From the NCBI GenBank assembly GCA_013239625.1, contig MU054323.1, positions 11,741,815 through 11,805,814 of the forward strand: 64,000 bases of DNA. The letters run 5' to 3'. The notes beneath the pieces were generated by a model, which was not told where the DNA came from, made no database searches, and was given only the letters and a program-made list of their open reading frames with translations. Position numbers and translations under genes: made by a program. Below are positions 1-12,639 of the stretch, in pieces; position 1 is the stretch's first letter; every line of letters starts with the position of its first letter. This DNA is from Lama guanicoe (Eukaryota).

Positions 1-819
1 CCTTGTATCCTGTGGTAAATCACTCTGTTCACTGGCTCTCTGCTTAGTTTCCCTATCTGTCAAGTGTAGGGTTAGATAGAGAGGCATTCTTAACTATTTT
101 GAGGATGGATGTCCTCCTTTTCAATGTGATAGAAGCCCTTCTACCCAGAGTACTGTCTTTGCAGACAGAGATGCCAATTTCTGCTTACAGTATCAAGGAC
201 CCAATGCCATCCCAGGGCCCTATGAAGCACTTGGCTTTCAAGTCCAGTCTAGAGGAGTGGGTACCTCCCTGAAATGATGAGCTCACAAAGACAGACCTGC
301 CTGGCAGGGAAGAAATCAATAATATCCTCCCTCCTTCCCTCTCAGCTACCCTTTAAGGGGCCGAAGCCGATTCCCCAGCTCTGCCAGCGTCTGCCCATCC
401 CATGCTGAGCCCAGTAATGAGGCGTGCTGTGCAAAGGGACCCCAGAATTGGTCCCTGCTCTGTGCTGTGCTGGAAAGACAACAACCTTGAGATATATTAT
501 CCAGATGTGCAGACTCTGGCCCTGGCTGCCATCTGGGCCGCTCTAGAAAGCATCTCCAGAGGCCCACAAGGGAATAGCTCTGGGAGGGGAAGCTGGGTGT
601 TCCTCACCTGTTGCCCAGAAGCTGAAGATATTTGAAATCACCCTCAGGAAATCACCTCAGGGAGAAAGAAGAGTAGGGGCTGTCAGCCTGTTTCAGGAAC
701 CTCTCCAGGCCATGGTGCCCCAGCTCTAAGGACAAAAGGTGTTTCTTTGGCCTCTTTATAGAGCTGACCAACTGATAGGCTTTGGGGATGTAAGTCTTTA
801 GATCAGTACTTAATTTTCA

Positions 820-1130
820 CACTGCTGCTGGAGTGACTTTTCTAAAATATAGTTAGATTCTCTAGACAGAATAAAGGCCAAGTTCCTTACCATGGCTTTT
901 GCTGGACTTCTGACTTCACCTGGCTTAATCCCAATCTACACACAACTGGCATTCTTACAATAAATTGCCACCACTAGTAATGAAAGTAAGGTGAGAAATC
1001 TAGTCCCTGCAATCCACAAGTGTCCCCTCCTCTTATGTCACGGCACTTATTATAATTACCTATTTATTGGGCCTTCTCCCAAACTGCATATGCCTTAGAG
1101 GTAGGAGCCCGGTTTTCCCTCTGACTCTGA
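820..1130 (+). mobile_element. L2 LINE 3' fragments (degraded)
   Basis: L2-like stretches such as CACACTGCTGCTGGAGTGACTTTTCTAAAA and AATAAAGGCCAAGTTCCTTACCATGGC; boundaries approximate. Confidence 0.5.
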
Positions 1131-1479
1131 GCATCCAGGAGAGACTCTGGGTACTCTAATGAGGACCACTCCCAGCCTCAGGCCATCTCTGCCTCTCCAC
1201 CCTCGCCCTGGCCAAGGCTCCCAGGCTGTAGGAAAGTGGACAGAACACAGAACCACCCCCCCAGCCCTCAAACTACACCTGGTGGAGAAAAAGAACATGC
1301 TGGGAAAGTGGTTAAGAGTTGACTCACCCTAAATCAGGGTCAGTAGGAAAGGCAAATTGAAAAAATACTGCAGGGCAACAATGCAAACATCAATGAGCTG
1401 GGGGGTTTGGCGGGTGGGGACAAAGCAAAGAAATGCAGTATAGCGTGAAAAAAAAAAACCCCACCATACATACACATAA

Positions 1480-2530
1480 ACCAAAAATCCCAGTCTGAAA
1501 CAAAACATAACCTAAGGAACAGAAAGAAATTACCCAAACATGCTTCGTGTTACAGAACGACTTAAGAACATGAATTTAATAAAACATGAGCTAGAAGATT
1601 AGATGATAAAACAAAGAAATGAAATGAAGGGTTATAAAATCGAGAACCACTAAACGCTTTTGCAGGACCTATAAATAAATGTAGAAGTTCCAAGAAGCAG
1701 AGCAGACACAGCAGAAAATCTAATTGCTGACACCAACTAAAGGGTTCCGTCCCCATCTGCCACCCACTAGCAGCAGGTCCTTTAGGCAAGTCACCATGAC
1801 TTGCAGAGGGGAAACCCTCAAGTTTCTGAAGAAACTAAAGGAGACAAAAACAAAAACAAAAACAAAAACAAAAACCATGCAGAAACAGCAAAGGTGACCC
1901 AACATCAGAAAACCGGTGACCCTGAAGCCGAGACACAGGTGGAATGCACAAAAAGGTATTCATCTTTTTTTTTTAAGTCCCTGAAATGAATAAAAAAATT
2001 GAATCTACACAACAAATGAGCACACCACGTTCCACACAAAAAAACTGATACAGAGAAATTGCCCCAGAGACGTTTTCTGGTTTAGATACTGAACTTGGAA
2101 GATGAAGACAGAAACCACCAAGCATCCAGGCAGGACTAACAAACACCTACAGAAGGGACGCCGTTTGCTGACCTCAGACTTTCCCGGAGCAACACTCACC
2201 GTCAGAGGACAATAAAGGAATCCCTGCAAAGGCTAGCTCCAGGTGTGACCCGAGAGCATCTTAACCGGTTCAAGCATAGAAGGCAAGGCACTGACATTCC
2301 CACCATCAGAGAACTCCAGGATCACATGAGCCCATTTTGGGGAATCCACTAAAATATACATCCAGCCAATGAAGAGACAGTTAAAATACAAAGCCCAGGA
2401 ATGGAGTGTAAGAACCAGTGGCACACTGAATCTATTTAATTATGAAATTAAAATGAAACAGTTCTGGGAATGCTCATATAAAACTGTGAAAATGTTATAG
2501 ACTCTGGCGATCTAAAAATAATAATAATGT
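1480..2530 (+). mobile_element. HAL1-like (L1 ORF1-related) element, degraded
   Basis: A-rich + strand; 2100-2330 (GCATCCAGGCAG...GACCTCAGACTTTCCCGGAGCAACACTC...AGAGGACAAT...GAACTCCAGGATCACATGAGCCC) follows recalled HAL1b/L1 ORF1 3' sequence. Confidence 0.55.
1845..1875. repeat. (CAAAAA)n microsatellite
   Basis: About five hexamer units read directly. Confidence 0.9.
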
Positions 2531-2609
2531 GGATAATGGCTTTAAGCTTATATCCCTATAAGCTGTCATGAAAGCTGTTAATAAGATGCAAAAATAGACC
2601 TAAGTTTTC

Positions 2610-2800
2610 TCAAGACCTGGGTTTTGATGCCAGCTCTACCACTTACTATTTGTGTGATTTGGAGGAAGCCATGTAACCTATTTGAGCCTCAGTTCCCTCA
2701 TCTGTAAAATGGGGCAAATCATTCCCATCTTACAGAGTTTAAGGATTAAATGAAAATATCATGTATAAAAATCAGTGACTTGTAAATAACATCTGTTCAC
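2610..2800 (+). mobile_element. MIR SINE
   Basis: MIR core GAGCCTCAGTTCCCTCATCTGTAAAATGGGG followed by AGGATTAAATGA. Confidence 0.85.
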
Positions 2801-3769
2801 TAAGAGGTGAAAGAGATCAAGACGAGGATAAAATGAGCATGAAGGTGAGGACCCCCACCCTCCACCCTCCCCTCAAAAAAGCAAGAGGAGGAACCACTAC
2901 TCTGGGTCTGGGCGGCTCATGGGAGACTCTGGGCTTTCACAAAGGTCCCTGTCCCAGCGCTCCAGGTCAGAGCAGAGAGAAGCCTTCTCCACAGGGAGGC
3001 GGGGGCCCCCAGTTCCCATCCAGGCAGGGAGCAGCCCCCTTTCCTCAGGACCGAGGAAGAGAAGCCCAAGACTGAACGGGAACAAGACTTCACCGCAGGA
3101 GAGGAGCAGGGTGAGGGACGGGGTGGGCACCTCCTCCTGAGCACCGGGAGGTGGTCTCTGTGGGACCGGCCCTGGGGGACAGGGCACCACAGGGAACAGG
3201 GCACCGCGGGGAACGGGGCACGTGGAGGTCAGGAAGCCAAGTTCTAGACCCAGCACTGGCGCCCACTCATTCCTCTCAGCCTCCCTGTGTCTCTTTCCTC
3301 CTCCAGGAAGTGAGAGGGTGGGAGCCGATAATCTCTGAGACCCCTGGTTTCCCATGGGTCTAGGTGCTGAGCTCTGAGCAGACTGCATGCCCCACATGAA
3401 GTCTTTGTGGCCACAACGGATTCAACCAGCAAACCAAAGGAAGGAGGGAGAAAGGCCAGGAAACATGAGGCTAGAGTGTAAATTAACAGGAGAGGGGATG
3501 AGAAGAGGAAGCAGGACAGGCTAACAAAGTCCTGTTGCCTATGACAGAGCCAACCACGACCAATAGCCATTAAGGAGTGTCAGCTCGCTGCCCACAGAGG
3601 GAGCTGAGAAGCAGCTGCCTTCAGCCTGCACAGAGCATCCCAAATTCCACTCCTGATAAGAGACCCGCTGAAAGAAGTCAACTCCACCATATGAAAAGGG
3701 TCCAGAAAGCAGCATAAAAACAGCATCCACCTATCCTAACACCCAAGTCAAACAGGATATTCGCATAGT

Positions 3770-4190
3770 CTCAAACTGTATCCCTCCAAGATTTATATTA
3801 AGTACAAAGGGGAAAAGTGGCAATTTTACAATGGGGAAACCAGGTGGCACCACCTTAGCCAAGGGATCAAGGTTAACATCACAGTAATCAGACATGTCGA
3901 TAGCACGTATCCCCCGAAATGGTGCACCCAGGGCTCCACACGGCTTCTGCAGCATTCTCGCCCAAAGCACAGAACCTCCTCAGTCTCACCAGGAGAAGAC
4001 ATCAGAAAAACCCAACTGAAAAGATGGTCTACAAAATAACTGAATGGTACTCTTCAAAGCGTCAAGTGCACTGAAGACACAGAAGAGAGAATTGTCACAG
4101 ATGGGAAGAGACTAAGAAGCAATTGAAGGTGGTGTGGGATCCGGAATTGGATCCCAGAAGAGACAAAGGACATAAGTGGAAAATGTCCCG
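3770..4190 (+). mobile_element. Old L1 (L1MC/L1ME-type) 3' UTR fragment
   Basis: CACCTTAGCCAAGGGATCAAGGTTAACATCAC...ACATCAGAAAAACCCAACTGA...GGATCCCAGAAGAGACAAAGGACATAAGTGGAAAA matches recalled L1MC/ME 3' end. Confidence 0.7.
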
Positions 4191-4194
4191 GATG

Positions 4195-7047
4195 CAGGTG
4201 AAAGGGTGGGCTGGCTGGTGCGAGGCAACTGGTGTTTAAGAAGTTTCAAGGGATGTAGTACCTATAAGAGCTGTGGAATTAAATGGAGAAAAAAGTCAGT
4301 CCTTTTTCAAAAGGGTAACTATACCCAGGTCTTTCGAGGACTATCAATTACAAGGTCTAATTTTTTACTGACACCGTATGACCCAAGGTGCCATTACAGA
4401 CTGGGGGCAAACAAAGAGGGGTCAGCTAAGAGATGGAGACATGGCCCAAATTAGTCTTGCAGTGGGATGACCGGATCCACAGACCCACCTGGTGGTCATT
4501 TCCCTGGTTCTTCAGTATAAAACTGGAAAGGACATACGTAGTTAGCAGAAATGCCACATTGCTTCTTTGGCCTGTAGTGTAAGAGCACCATAGTAGGAAG
4601 GGACAAGTGGAAGCCCCTGAAATCCCATTCCCTCTGGGGGATTAGCACCCCCCCAAAGCTTTAAAAAATGCCAAGGTAGCGATGTCTATCAATACTCATT
4701 TAAATCACCATCCTGGCCCAGCCAAGGACTGGATGGATTATGGCAGATCATAATGAACCACCACAAAGCTAAGCAGGTGGCAGGCATGTGTATCCGTGCT
4801 AGAACAGACTGATGCAGCCTTGGGCAGGCGATATGCAGCTACTGACCTAGTGAACGTTTTATTTCAATATCCATCAAGAATGCAGATCAGAAGTTCACCT
4901 TCACTGGGAATGGACAACAATATACTTTCACAGACTTGCTCCAGTGCTATATGTTCATTCTCCTCGTCTCTATCACAGCATCATCCACAGGGACCCAGAC
5001 TATCTGGACATACCTCAGAACATCACCTGGGTCCAATACACTGATGGCATCATGTAAAACAGGCCAGATGAGCAGAACTGGCAACACCTCGGAAGTCTTG
5101 GTAAGATACATGTGCTGCAGCAGGTGGGAGGGACAAGAGACAGGGGCTTGACCTGTGGCTGAAGTTTTAGGGCCCAGTGATCTGGGGAATGTTGGAGCAC
5201 CCCTCCAAAGTGAAAGACATCTATCTGATTGCACTTTGTACCTTCTCCACTGAGAGAAAAGGACAGCATTTGCCAGCTCTCTTCAGGTTTTGGAATCAGC
5301 ATCTTCCATGCTTGGGAACCCTGGTCCTACCCATTTATTAGGTAACATCAAAGGCTGCTGGTTTTAGAAGACACAGAACAAAAACATGCTCCATGGCAAA
5401 CCGAGACTACAGGTCAAGTAGCCCTGACACCCAGGGCACACAGCTTGGCAGATCCCGTGGACCAGAGGTATCTGTGGTGGAGAAAAATGCCCAATAGGGG
5501 AGTTGCAATGGAGAACCATAGGGCCATGCAGCGAGGTTATATGTGCCATCTGAGGCCGGTGCTATATGCCAGGACATGCTACTGGACCCCCATAGAAGGA
5601 GAATATTAAAACACCCCCCCACAAACCCTGGGATACCAAGTACAAGAAGAATATAAAAAAACTTAACCATGGGACATGAAGCAACCACGTAGTCAAAACT
5701 ACTCCTAATGAACTGGGTGGTGTGGGACCTACAAAGTCATAAGGTTGAGTAGGCCTGGGAGAAGCCCCCATAAAATGAAATTGGAATGGGTCTACTGACA
5801 GATATTTTTCAATAGGAAATAAAACAGTACTCCATGGTCTGCTGTTGGTTGAATCCAAGGATGCAGAGGAACTCTGGATATGACAGGCGGACTATAAGTT
5901 ATACTGGGAACATCCCCTGAGTTGTTCAAGGGTGAACTGTACAGTGGACCCTTCCACAATGGAAAAGGCAGCAAGAGATTCATCCTTCCCGGATGAACAC
6001 TATTCCAGGTATGTGTTTGCATTTCCAGTCTGTAGAGCCCCAGCCAGTACCACTGTTAAGGGCTCGCAGAAAGTCTGACCTATCAGCAGAGGATCCACCC
6101 AGAATAACATCATCTTGTACCCAGGGATTTGTTTTACGTCAAAGAGGAAAAGCCGTGGGTACCAGACTACAGATGCACTTGTCCTAAAACATTCATGACA
6201 TCCTATTAGAGCACATGACCTATTAGAGCGCAGCTGAGGCACCTGCAAGGAGATGATGCCCTGAGAGGACAGGACACCATCGCTCAGGGCGCCGCCACAC
6301 ACCCACGGCCAGGGTATGGTGCTCTACAGGCAACACACAGCATTCATGGATGGATCTGGGGCCAAGGAGCAGAAGTAGGAGTGGGCCTATTCACCAATGC
6401 CACACTTAGGGAGTCTGTGCTTCTGTCCACAGTTAAGGCTGTCTGTGCCATGTGAAACAGAGAGTCACTGCTCACTTCCCACTCTCAGTCCCACCTAAGG
6501 GGACAGAGTCCCTTTAAACTCCAAGCTGTGAGTGCTACCTCCTCCATCCTGATTCCTCTTCCAGCAAACCAGCAGGCACAGAAAAGAGTTACTTAACCTA
6601 GCGGGGAGGGGGATGGAGGTGAGGTGAGGTGAGAAGGGGCTGCTGTGTGATAAGGGGAGGAGGAATATGTTTGGTGCTCGGGTGACTTCCTGGAGCATCT
6701 CTGGGTTCCCTCGTGCTCAGCCGTAACTGTAACTAGGCAGGCACTGCGTCTGCTGACTGACGGGCACAGTAACCAGGGCCTCGGGGATGAAGGTCTGGAT
6801 CATCTGGCCAGGTGAGCCGCCTAGACCAGACCTCTGTGTAGATGGAGGCGGAGGGGGATCCAGAGTGGGTGGTGGAGAGGGGGACAACGAGAATCAGGTA
6901 CAGCCCTGGGAACCACGGCAGCAGCAGGAGCCATGCTTTATTCTACTAACCCTCCCTTACCACTTTCCGCAGAACCTGGGACCAAGCCAAATCCCAGAGA
7001 AGCTGTATGTGGGTGGAGTCTGGACTGTACTGAATGGAGTGGTGGAC
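4195..7047 (+). mobile_element. Decayed class III (ERVL, HERV16/ERV3-16A3-like) provirus internal region with pro, RT, IN and dUTPase remnants
   Basis: KGNYTQVFRGLSITRSNFLLTPYDPRCH (ORF 4176) resembles ERVL protease KGNDQTFRGLLDTGSELTLIPGDPKRH; LEQTDAALGRRYAATDLVNVLF (ORF 4796) resembles RT LEQINTSPGTWYAAIDLANAFF; MKVWIIWPGEPPRP (ORF 6787) resembles the ERVL pol C-terminus MKVWVTPPGKKPRP; many stops and frameshifts. Confidence 0.85.
5787..5941. mobile_element. Tigger2a-like TcMar MITE fragment nested in the ERVL internal region
   Basis: TTGGTTGAATCCAAGGATGCAGAGGAAC...GACTATAAGTTATAC and terminal TTGTTCAAGGGTGAACTG followed by TA, matching the Tigger2 TIR and TA target. Confidence 0.75.
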
Positions 7048-7394
7048 TATGGTGGATGCCACTGTGGCCCCACCCAGATCCCTTTCACTGCACCTGCACA
7101 GCCCTCCCCCAGCTGCAGAGAGTGCTGGCAGCCCACCTCTCACAGCCGCCCTCTGCTCCAAAGACCCGCCCTCCACTGAGTGGGACCCGCCAACCCTGCC
7201 GAGCAGCCAGTTCCATGGGCTGAGCAGTCTTCTCTCCAGAGCTCCCATGGGTCTAGGCCAAAGCCAGGCTTTGAGACCCCAGCCGTGTATGGCCTCCCTG
7301 TGCCTTCCTGTGCTCCCTGACTCCCCTTCTCCTAGGAGTACTCTCATGACACCACTTCACAAGGCTCTACTTCTGTGGATCCTGATCCAAGACA
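7048..7394 (+). mobile_element. 3' LTR of the ERVL element (LTR16-type)
   Basis: Follows a PPT-like GGAGTGGTGGAC; starts TATGGTGGATGCCACTGTGGCCCCACCCAGATCCCTTT; ends ...GATCCAAGACA, as in LTR16 termini. Confidence 0.7.
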
Positions 7395-7449
7395 CAAGGT
7401 ATCAAACACCTGCAAAGTTTAAAACAGTACCTGGATGACAGTGATTGCT

Positions 7450-7630
7450 CAGTGACGTTAGCTATGATTATTACAACGTGCCAGGCTCTGCACTCATGAT
7501 TCAACCCTGCAATGTGATTAAGATCATGACCACCACATGATGAGCAAAGGCCTCCAAGCAAGCTGTTCAGATGAGCAGACTTCTCATCTGAACCCCAGTC
7601 TGTCTGGCCCCAGGGTTATTCTGTTAATAT
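7450..7630 (-). mobile_element. MIR SINE (degraded)
   Basis: ACGTGCCAGGCTCTG...TGAACCCCAGTCTGTCTGGCCCCAG is antisense MIR. Confidence 0.55.
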
Positions 7631-8264
7631 CATTTGTTTCATGTATCAATTCTGTCTCCCCCTGTCCATAAAAGTTCCTACGACTCAATCTCTCTCCAAC
7701 CCCATGGCCCTTAGCAGGGATGACCCCTGGTAACTTGCAAGCTTGGAGTTAACCCCCCGTGGCCCATAAGGCTTGTTAGGAGTGGCAGTGGACCTCAGCA
7801 CCCACCTCCCATCCCGTCTCCGCGCCCACGGCCAGGATTGCTGATGGGCCCTGGCAACATGAATTCTCCTCGCTCTACTACAACCTTAATGACGCCTGAA
7901 TTTACTGAGTAATGTATACACATAACACGCTGTCCATTTTTATGAATACTTAAATCTCCTTCTAAGAAAACACAAGATTTTTATTTGTACCTACAGAGGA
8001 CCCAGGTTCTTGGACAGACTGATGAGGCAAAGGATTTAAAGCCTGGAATCTTCTGCCCCAGGGACAGAATCTGAGGTGACAGGAGAGCAAAACCGAGAAC
8101 ACTTTCGCCACCCCAGTGCGGGGCCCGTTCAGCAGCGAGAGGGTCCCATCTCGCCTCTGCCCTGTGCCCTTGCTGCCCATAGAGGCCACCCAGGAAAGAC
8201 CAGGAAGCCCAGCAGCCCCTCACCCAGGAATTCACCGCGCTGCCACACCAGATGATAGAACTGT

Positions 8265-8460
8265 CGAGAAAGAGGGCACTTCATGAAATTAAAAGGCAAC
8301 CAATTTAAAAGAGATTAAGCAGGGAAAAGGGGTTTAATGATCAGCTTTTGCCACTGTGAACTAACTGAACCCACTGGCATGGAGACTAATGGTTTAATAT
8401 GCTGTTAAACAAGGGTGAGTCGTCTGTGTGAGTAATAAGAGCGTCTGCAGTTACAGTGAC
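8265..8460 (+). mobile_element. Ancient CR1/L3 LINE ORF2 3' remnant
   Basis: 8271-8318 translates RGHFMKLKGNQFKRD*, resembling the CR1 ORF2 C-terminal TRGHSMKL motif. Confidence 0.55.
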
Positions 8461-9184
8461 AAGGGGGAGGTGACCCTCCCGCAGGCCTCGGCCTTGGGGA
8501 GGCTCTTGGCTCACATCCTGAGTCAGGTCAGGGCCAACCAGTCAACGGCCTCCTGGCCCCCTGGAGAGGCAGTTTTCCTGAGAAGCAAGGGGCCTGGAGA
8601 CATGTGAAGGGAGAAGGCCTTGGAGAGCGAGCGGCGAGGGGGTGAGGGGGCACTCGGGCCGGAGCTCCAGCAGGGCTGCTGGGCCCTCCAGGCCGGCTTC
8701 CGCCAGTGAAGAGGAGGGCGCCCATCTCGGGCACCCGGCAGTGGCAGCTCTGAAGCACTTTAAGGAATAATCGCCACATATTGTTCCGTCTTACTAAAGA
8801 GTCTAGAAGGATGGGCTCTTTTTCCTTTTTTAAAAAAGGTATTTGAGGCACAGGACATCTGGAACAGGGAGGGATTCTGGGGGTAGACTGAGTGAGGAGC
8901 AAGGAAATTTGCGTAGGTTCTTAGAGATATGAGAGCATGAGGTCAGGGTGGTGACAATACAACACACCATTTTGCTCAGCACGTGGCCCTCAGGACCTCA
9001 GGGCCTTTCCCTGCGGCCTGCAGGCTCAGCGGTTGTGTGGTGGGGCCCCACGGCCACCTGCCTGGCCCAGGCCCTGCAGGGTAGACAGATTCTCAATGAG
9101 TGGTTATTCAGTGGGTGAATGAACAGTAACCCTGGGCCCCTCACAAATGACAATGTGACAGGGGCTGGTGACAGGTGAGTTAGG

Positions 9185-9345
9185 TGTTGGCTGGCATTGT
9201 GCTTAATGTTTTATTGGCTATCATCTCAATAATCATCAGAACAATACCGCGAGGTAGGAAAGATTAAGTCATGTCCCCAAGGCCACAGGTAGTAGAGGGC
9301 AGTCAGGCTGCAAATGCAGGCGTCCTACATCACCACTCTGGGCCT
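9185..9345 (-). mobile_element. MIR SINE
   Basis: GGCATTGTGCTTAATGTTTT...AGATTAAGTCATGTCCCCAAGGCCACAGGTAGTA. Confidence 0.65.
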
Positions 9346-11314
9346 CCAGAATGGGAGGACAGAAGCCCAAGGCCCAGAACCTTCTTGGAAAGGGTGGAGG
9401 CTGCCGCACCTCCACTTGGTCCTCCAGCTTAAACGCTAGGTCAACACAAAACAGTGCAGTCAATTTAGAATCAGACTTGAGCTGAGAATTTGTTGACATC
9501 AGAGCTATTTTGAGTGGGTTTGGCTTTAATTTTCATTTGTAAAGAACTCTTCCTTCTAGAATTGCAGGGCCTAGTGTCTGACACTTAAGTTGTCACTTAC
9601 GAGGGTCCCAGGGTCACTCATTCATTCACCCATCTAATGACCACTCATTGAGAATCTGTCTGTGTCCTGTGGGGTTCGGGTCAGGCAGCAGGCCATCAGG
9701 GGTGCGCCACACAACCACATAACCACACAACCTGCATCAAGAGCCTGCAGGCTGCAATGAAAGCTCATGAGGGTTATGATGGGGCAGCCCAGGGGAAACA
9801 TTGATGTTAAGCAGCTTTTGCCCCCTTTCCAGAGGCCGGCACTTAGTCCCCGTGTGACCTGAAAAGACCAAGCTTGGAGCCTCCCTTAGCCCTTGTGTGA
9901 AGTGGGAACCATGGTAGCCGAGCTGCCTGGGTCACAGGGTCAGTGTGGGAATGAAGTGAAAGGATGCACGTTAGAGTGTTTGCCAACCTCACAGCTCTCC
10001 ACAAATATGAAAGAGGACTGCGGTGCCAGAATCCAAGGGCGGAACTGTGCTAGGGGAGCACGAGGTGCGTGAATGGTCTCCCCCACGAACAGCACTGGAC
10101 GGACAAGTGCTAACTGACCAGGGGCTGGGGAACAAACACATCAGATAGATGAGTTAGAACACAGCAAAGCAGTGCTGAATCATTATCTGGGACATGAAAA
10201 CAGAGTCACTCTATAGAAGAGTACATTTTAATTGTGTTCATTAAAAGGGGATTGAACCAGAAGTGAAAGCTGAGTTTTGTAAAAATGCATCCATCAAACA
10301 CACAGCTGCAGTTTTTAATAACTTCGTGGGGGTCAGTGACACCCTGGAGTACAGAACACTCCAGCAGGCCCTGCTCTCCCCATCACCAAAGACTGTCAGA
10401 GCACCCTCTCTGGGCAGCACAGAGCTGGGGGGTGGGCAGTTCCCACCTGTGCCTGGAGTTCAAGGTGGCCTCAGGGTCACTCAAAGATGGTCTACAGACC
10501 TCAAGAGACCTGGCATCCTGGGGAAGCTATTTAATTCTCTTCTCCTCAATAGTCAGGCTGAATCTAGGAATGGTCCTCCCAGACCCACTTCTCCTGTGTT
10601 GCTGGTGGGAATAACTTACCTGTGTCTTGTCCTAACCGGCCTCTCAGTTCCCAAACATCATACAGCTTAGAGTGATCACTGAGAACAAGGTGGCCCCTGT
10701 GCTGGTCCAGAATTCATCTAGCTCAGCCCCACCCTGGGGGAGCCAGCCTCGGCAGCTCTGAAGAAAGCACGGTGTGCGGGAGAAGCAGGCTTTCCAGCAG
10801 CCTGAACACTTCTGAAGAGCCAATTACATGCTTATTATTCCTCTCCAGGAATGAAACCCTCGTCCCACGTGGCCAGCCCCCTTCCCCAGCACACACTCGC
10901 TTATCTCAGCCACACGGTCCCTTCTGCCAGCCACTGCTGTCAGAAATGTGGAGCCGGGCTCTTCATCACCTGCACTGGGCCTGGGGTGGGGGGTGGGGGG
11001 AGGGGGGAGCAGGAGTGGAAATGCCCATCCAGGAGCCAAGAGAGACGCACGCAAGAGCTGGGAAGGCCAGCAGGCGCCCCACAGATGGGGAGTGTGCAGG
11101 CGAGGAAGGGACCCTTCAAGGGCCTTGTGAAGCTGTGGTCACGAGAGGGCATGAAGGGAAGAGCAGCATTGGAGGAGGCCTGGGGTGCTCGTCTTGGACC
11201 TGGGCGCCACATTCAGCCTGCCGCCTGCTCTGATGAAGACAGCTCTCTGGAAGCACAAGCCACGCCCACCAGCTGACAGACACACTGCGCTGCTTTCTCA
11301 CCCCAACAGCAGAG

Positions 11315-11389
11315 CTGAGCCCCTACGGCCTACAGAGCCTAAAATATTCACCATCTGGCCCTTTCAAGAAAAAGTTGACAGACCCTTGG
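11315..11389 (+). mobile_element. MER58-type hAT-Charlie MITE 3' fragment
   Basis: GAGCCTAAAATATTCACCATCTGGCCCTTTCAAGAAAAAGTTGACAGACCC. Confidence 0.7.
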
Positions 11390-11600
11390 GGTAGTAGAAA
11401 GAGCACTGGGCTGAATCCTGGGAGCCCAGAGGCTGGAGGTGAACGTGTGCTCTGTCCTGTCCTAGCTGTGTGCCCTGGGGAGGTTCCTCCACTTCTCTAC
11501 GGATCAGTTTTTCTCATCTTTAAAATGGGGATATAACATCTACTTTCTAGGGTGTGGTCCTTATGAGTAATGAGATATGCTATGTGTGTGGTGAAGGGCG
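11390..11600 (+). mobile_element. MIR SINE
   Basis: GTAGAAAGAGCACTGGGCT...TCAGTTTTTCTCATCTTTAAAATGGGGATA. Confidence 0.8.
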
Positions 11601-12639
11601 AAGGCAGATGCATCAATAAGGAATTAGATAGAAGCGAGATTCTTCCTTCCCCTGTGGCTTTGAAATATATTTTTGCAGCCTATTTTTCACAGCTAGAATA
11701 TTTGCAGAGACCTGCGCATGTTTTGCAAATATGTGTATGGATTGATGGGAGGTGGGGTCAGGACAGTGTGGAGGGAGGGAAGAAGGGAGAGCCGTTCTTT
11801 GACTCACTTGATTTTCTTAGGAGAAATATGGATCAGCAGGCAAATCAAAGCCTGTCTTCTCTTTTAATATAGACACGAAGGCCACGGGGGCCGCCCTCTG
11901 TGGGGAATGGGGGGATGCTAGGCCCATCCTAATACCCTGCTTAGCCTCCCCGTGGGCTGAGTCTATAGATCCTGACCCCAGCCTCAGCCCCGCGGTCGTG
12001 CTCTCCCCCAGTTCCGGAATAGATCACTCTTCACCATCGCTCTACCTCCTGCAAAGGCAGAATATCATCCCACACGGGGCCTCCAGTTGCCATGTAACAC
12101 TTCTGCAAAACAGTGTCTTCACACTGTAGCAAATGTATATTTAGGAGCTAAGGAGGTACTGCAGGGGCCCCGAGATGGGTGGGAGGCGGAGTGCAATGCC
12201 TGTTTCTGGCACTTACAGCCTCTTAGGGGAAGAAAGGCGGGCAAAGGAGAGCAGCCTGATGAGGATCTTTGGGGGTCCTAAGACCAGAAGAAATCATGAT
12301 GCCTCCCATCTGTAATTCTAAATAAAAACAGTATGCCACAGTAAAGCTCAGGACTTACAAGTAGACTGAAATGGACAGAGGTTCTTCGCAGCCAAAATTC
12401 TGTGTAAGCGGATGGGAGCTGAATCCCTTCCCTCACTCCCCGCCCACAGATGGCCCTGCTATGCTGTTGTCCTCAGCATGCACTCCGTCTGCTTGGTGAA
12501 GAAATCAGCACTGATAGTGAAATTGCTTGGAGAGCCCGAGCAGAGAGCCCAGATGGCCAACAGGGACCACTTCCAGGATGAGTCTTGTGGGAACGCTACT
12601 TGCCTCCCCTCTTGCCTCCTCAAGGGATTGCTTCCTATA

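Noticed and set aside
10088..10112. REST/RE1-like site (CAGCACTGGACGGACA)
   Set aside because: Both half-sites are degenerate and the spacing is non-canonical.
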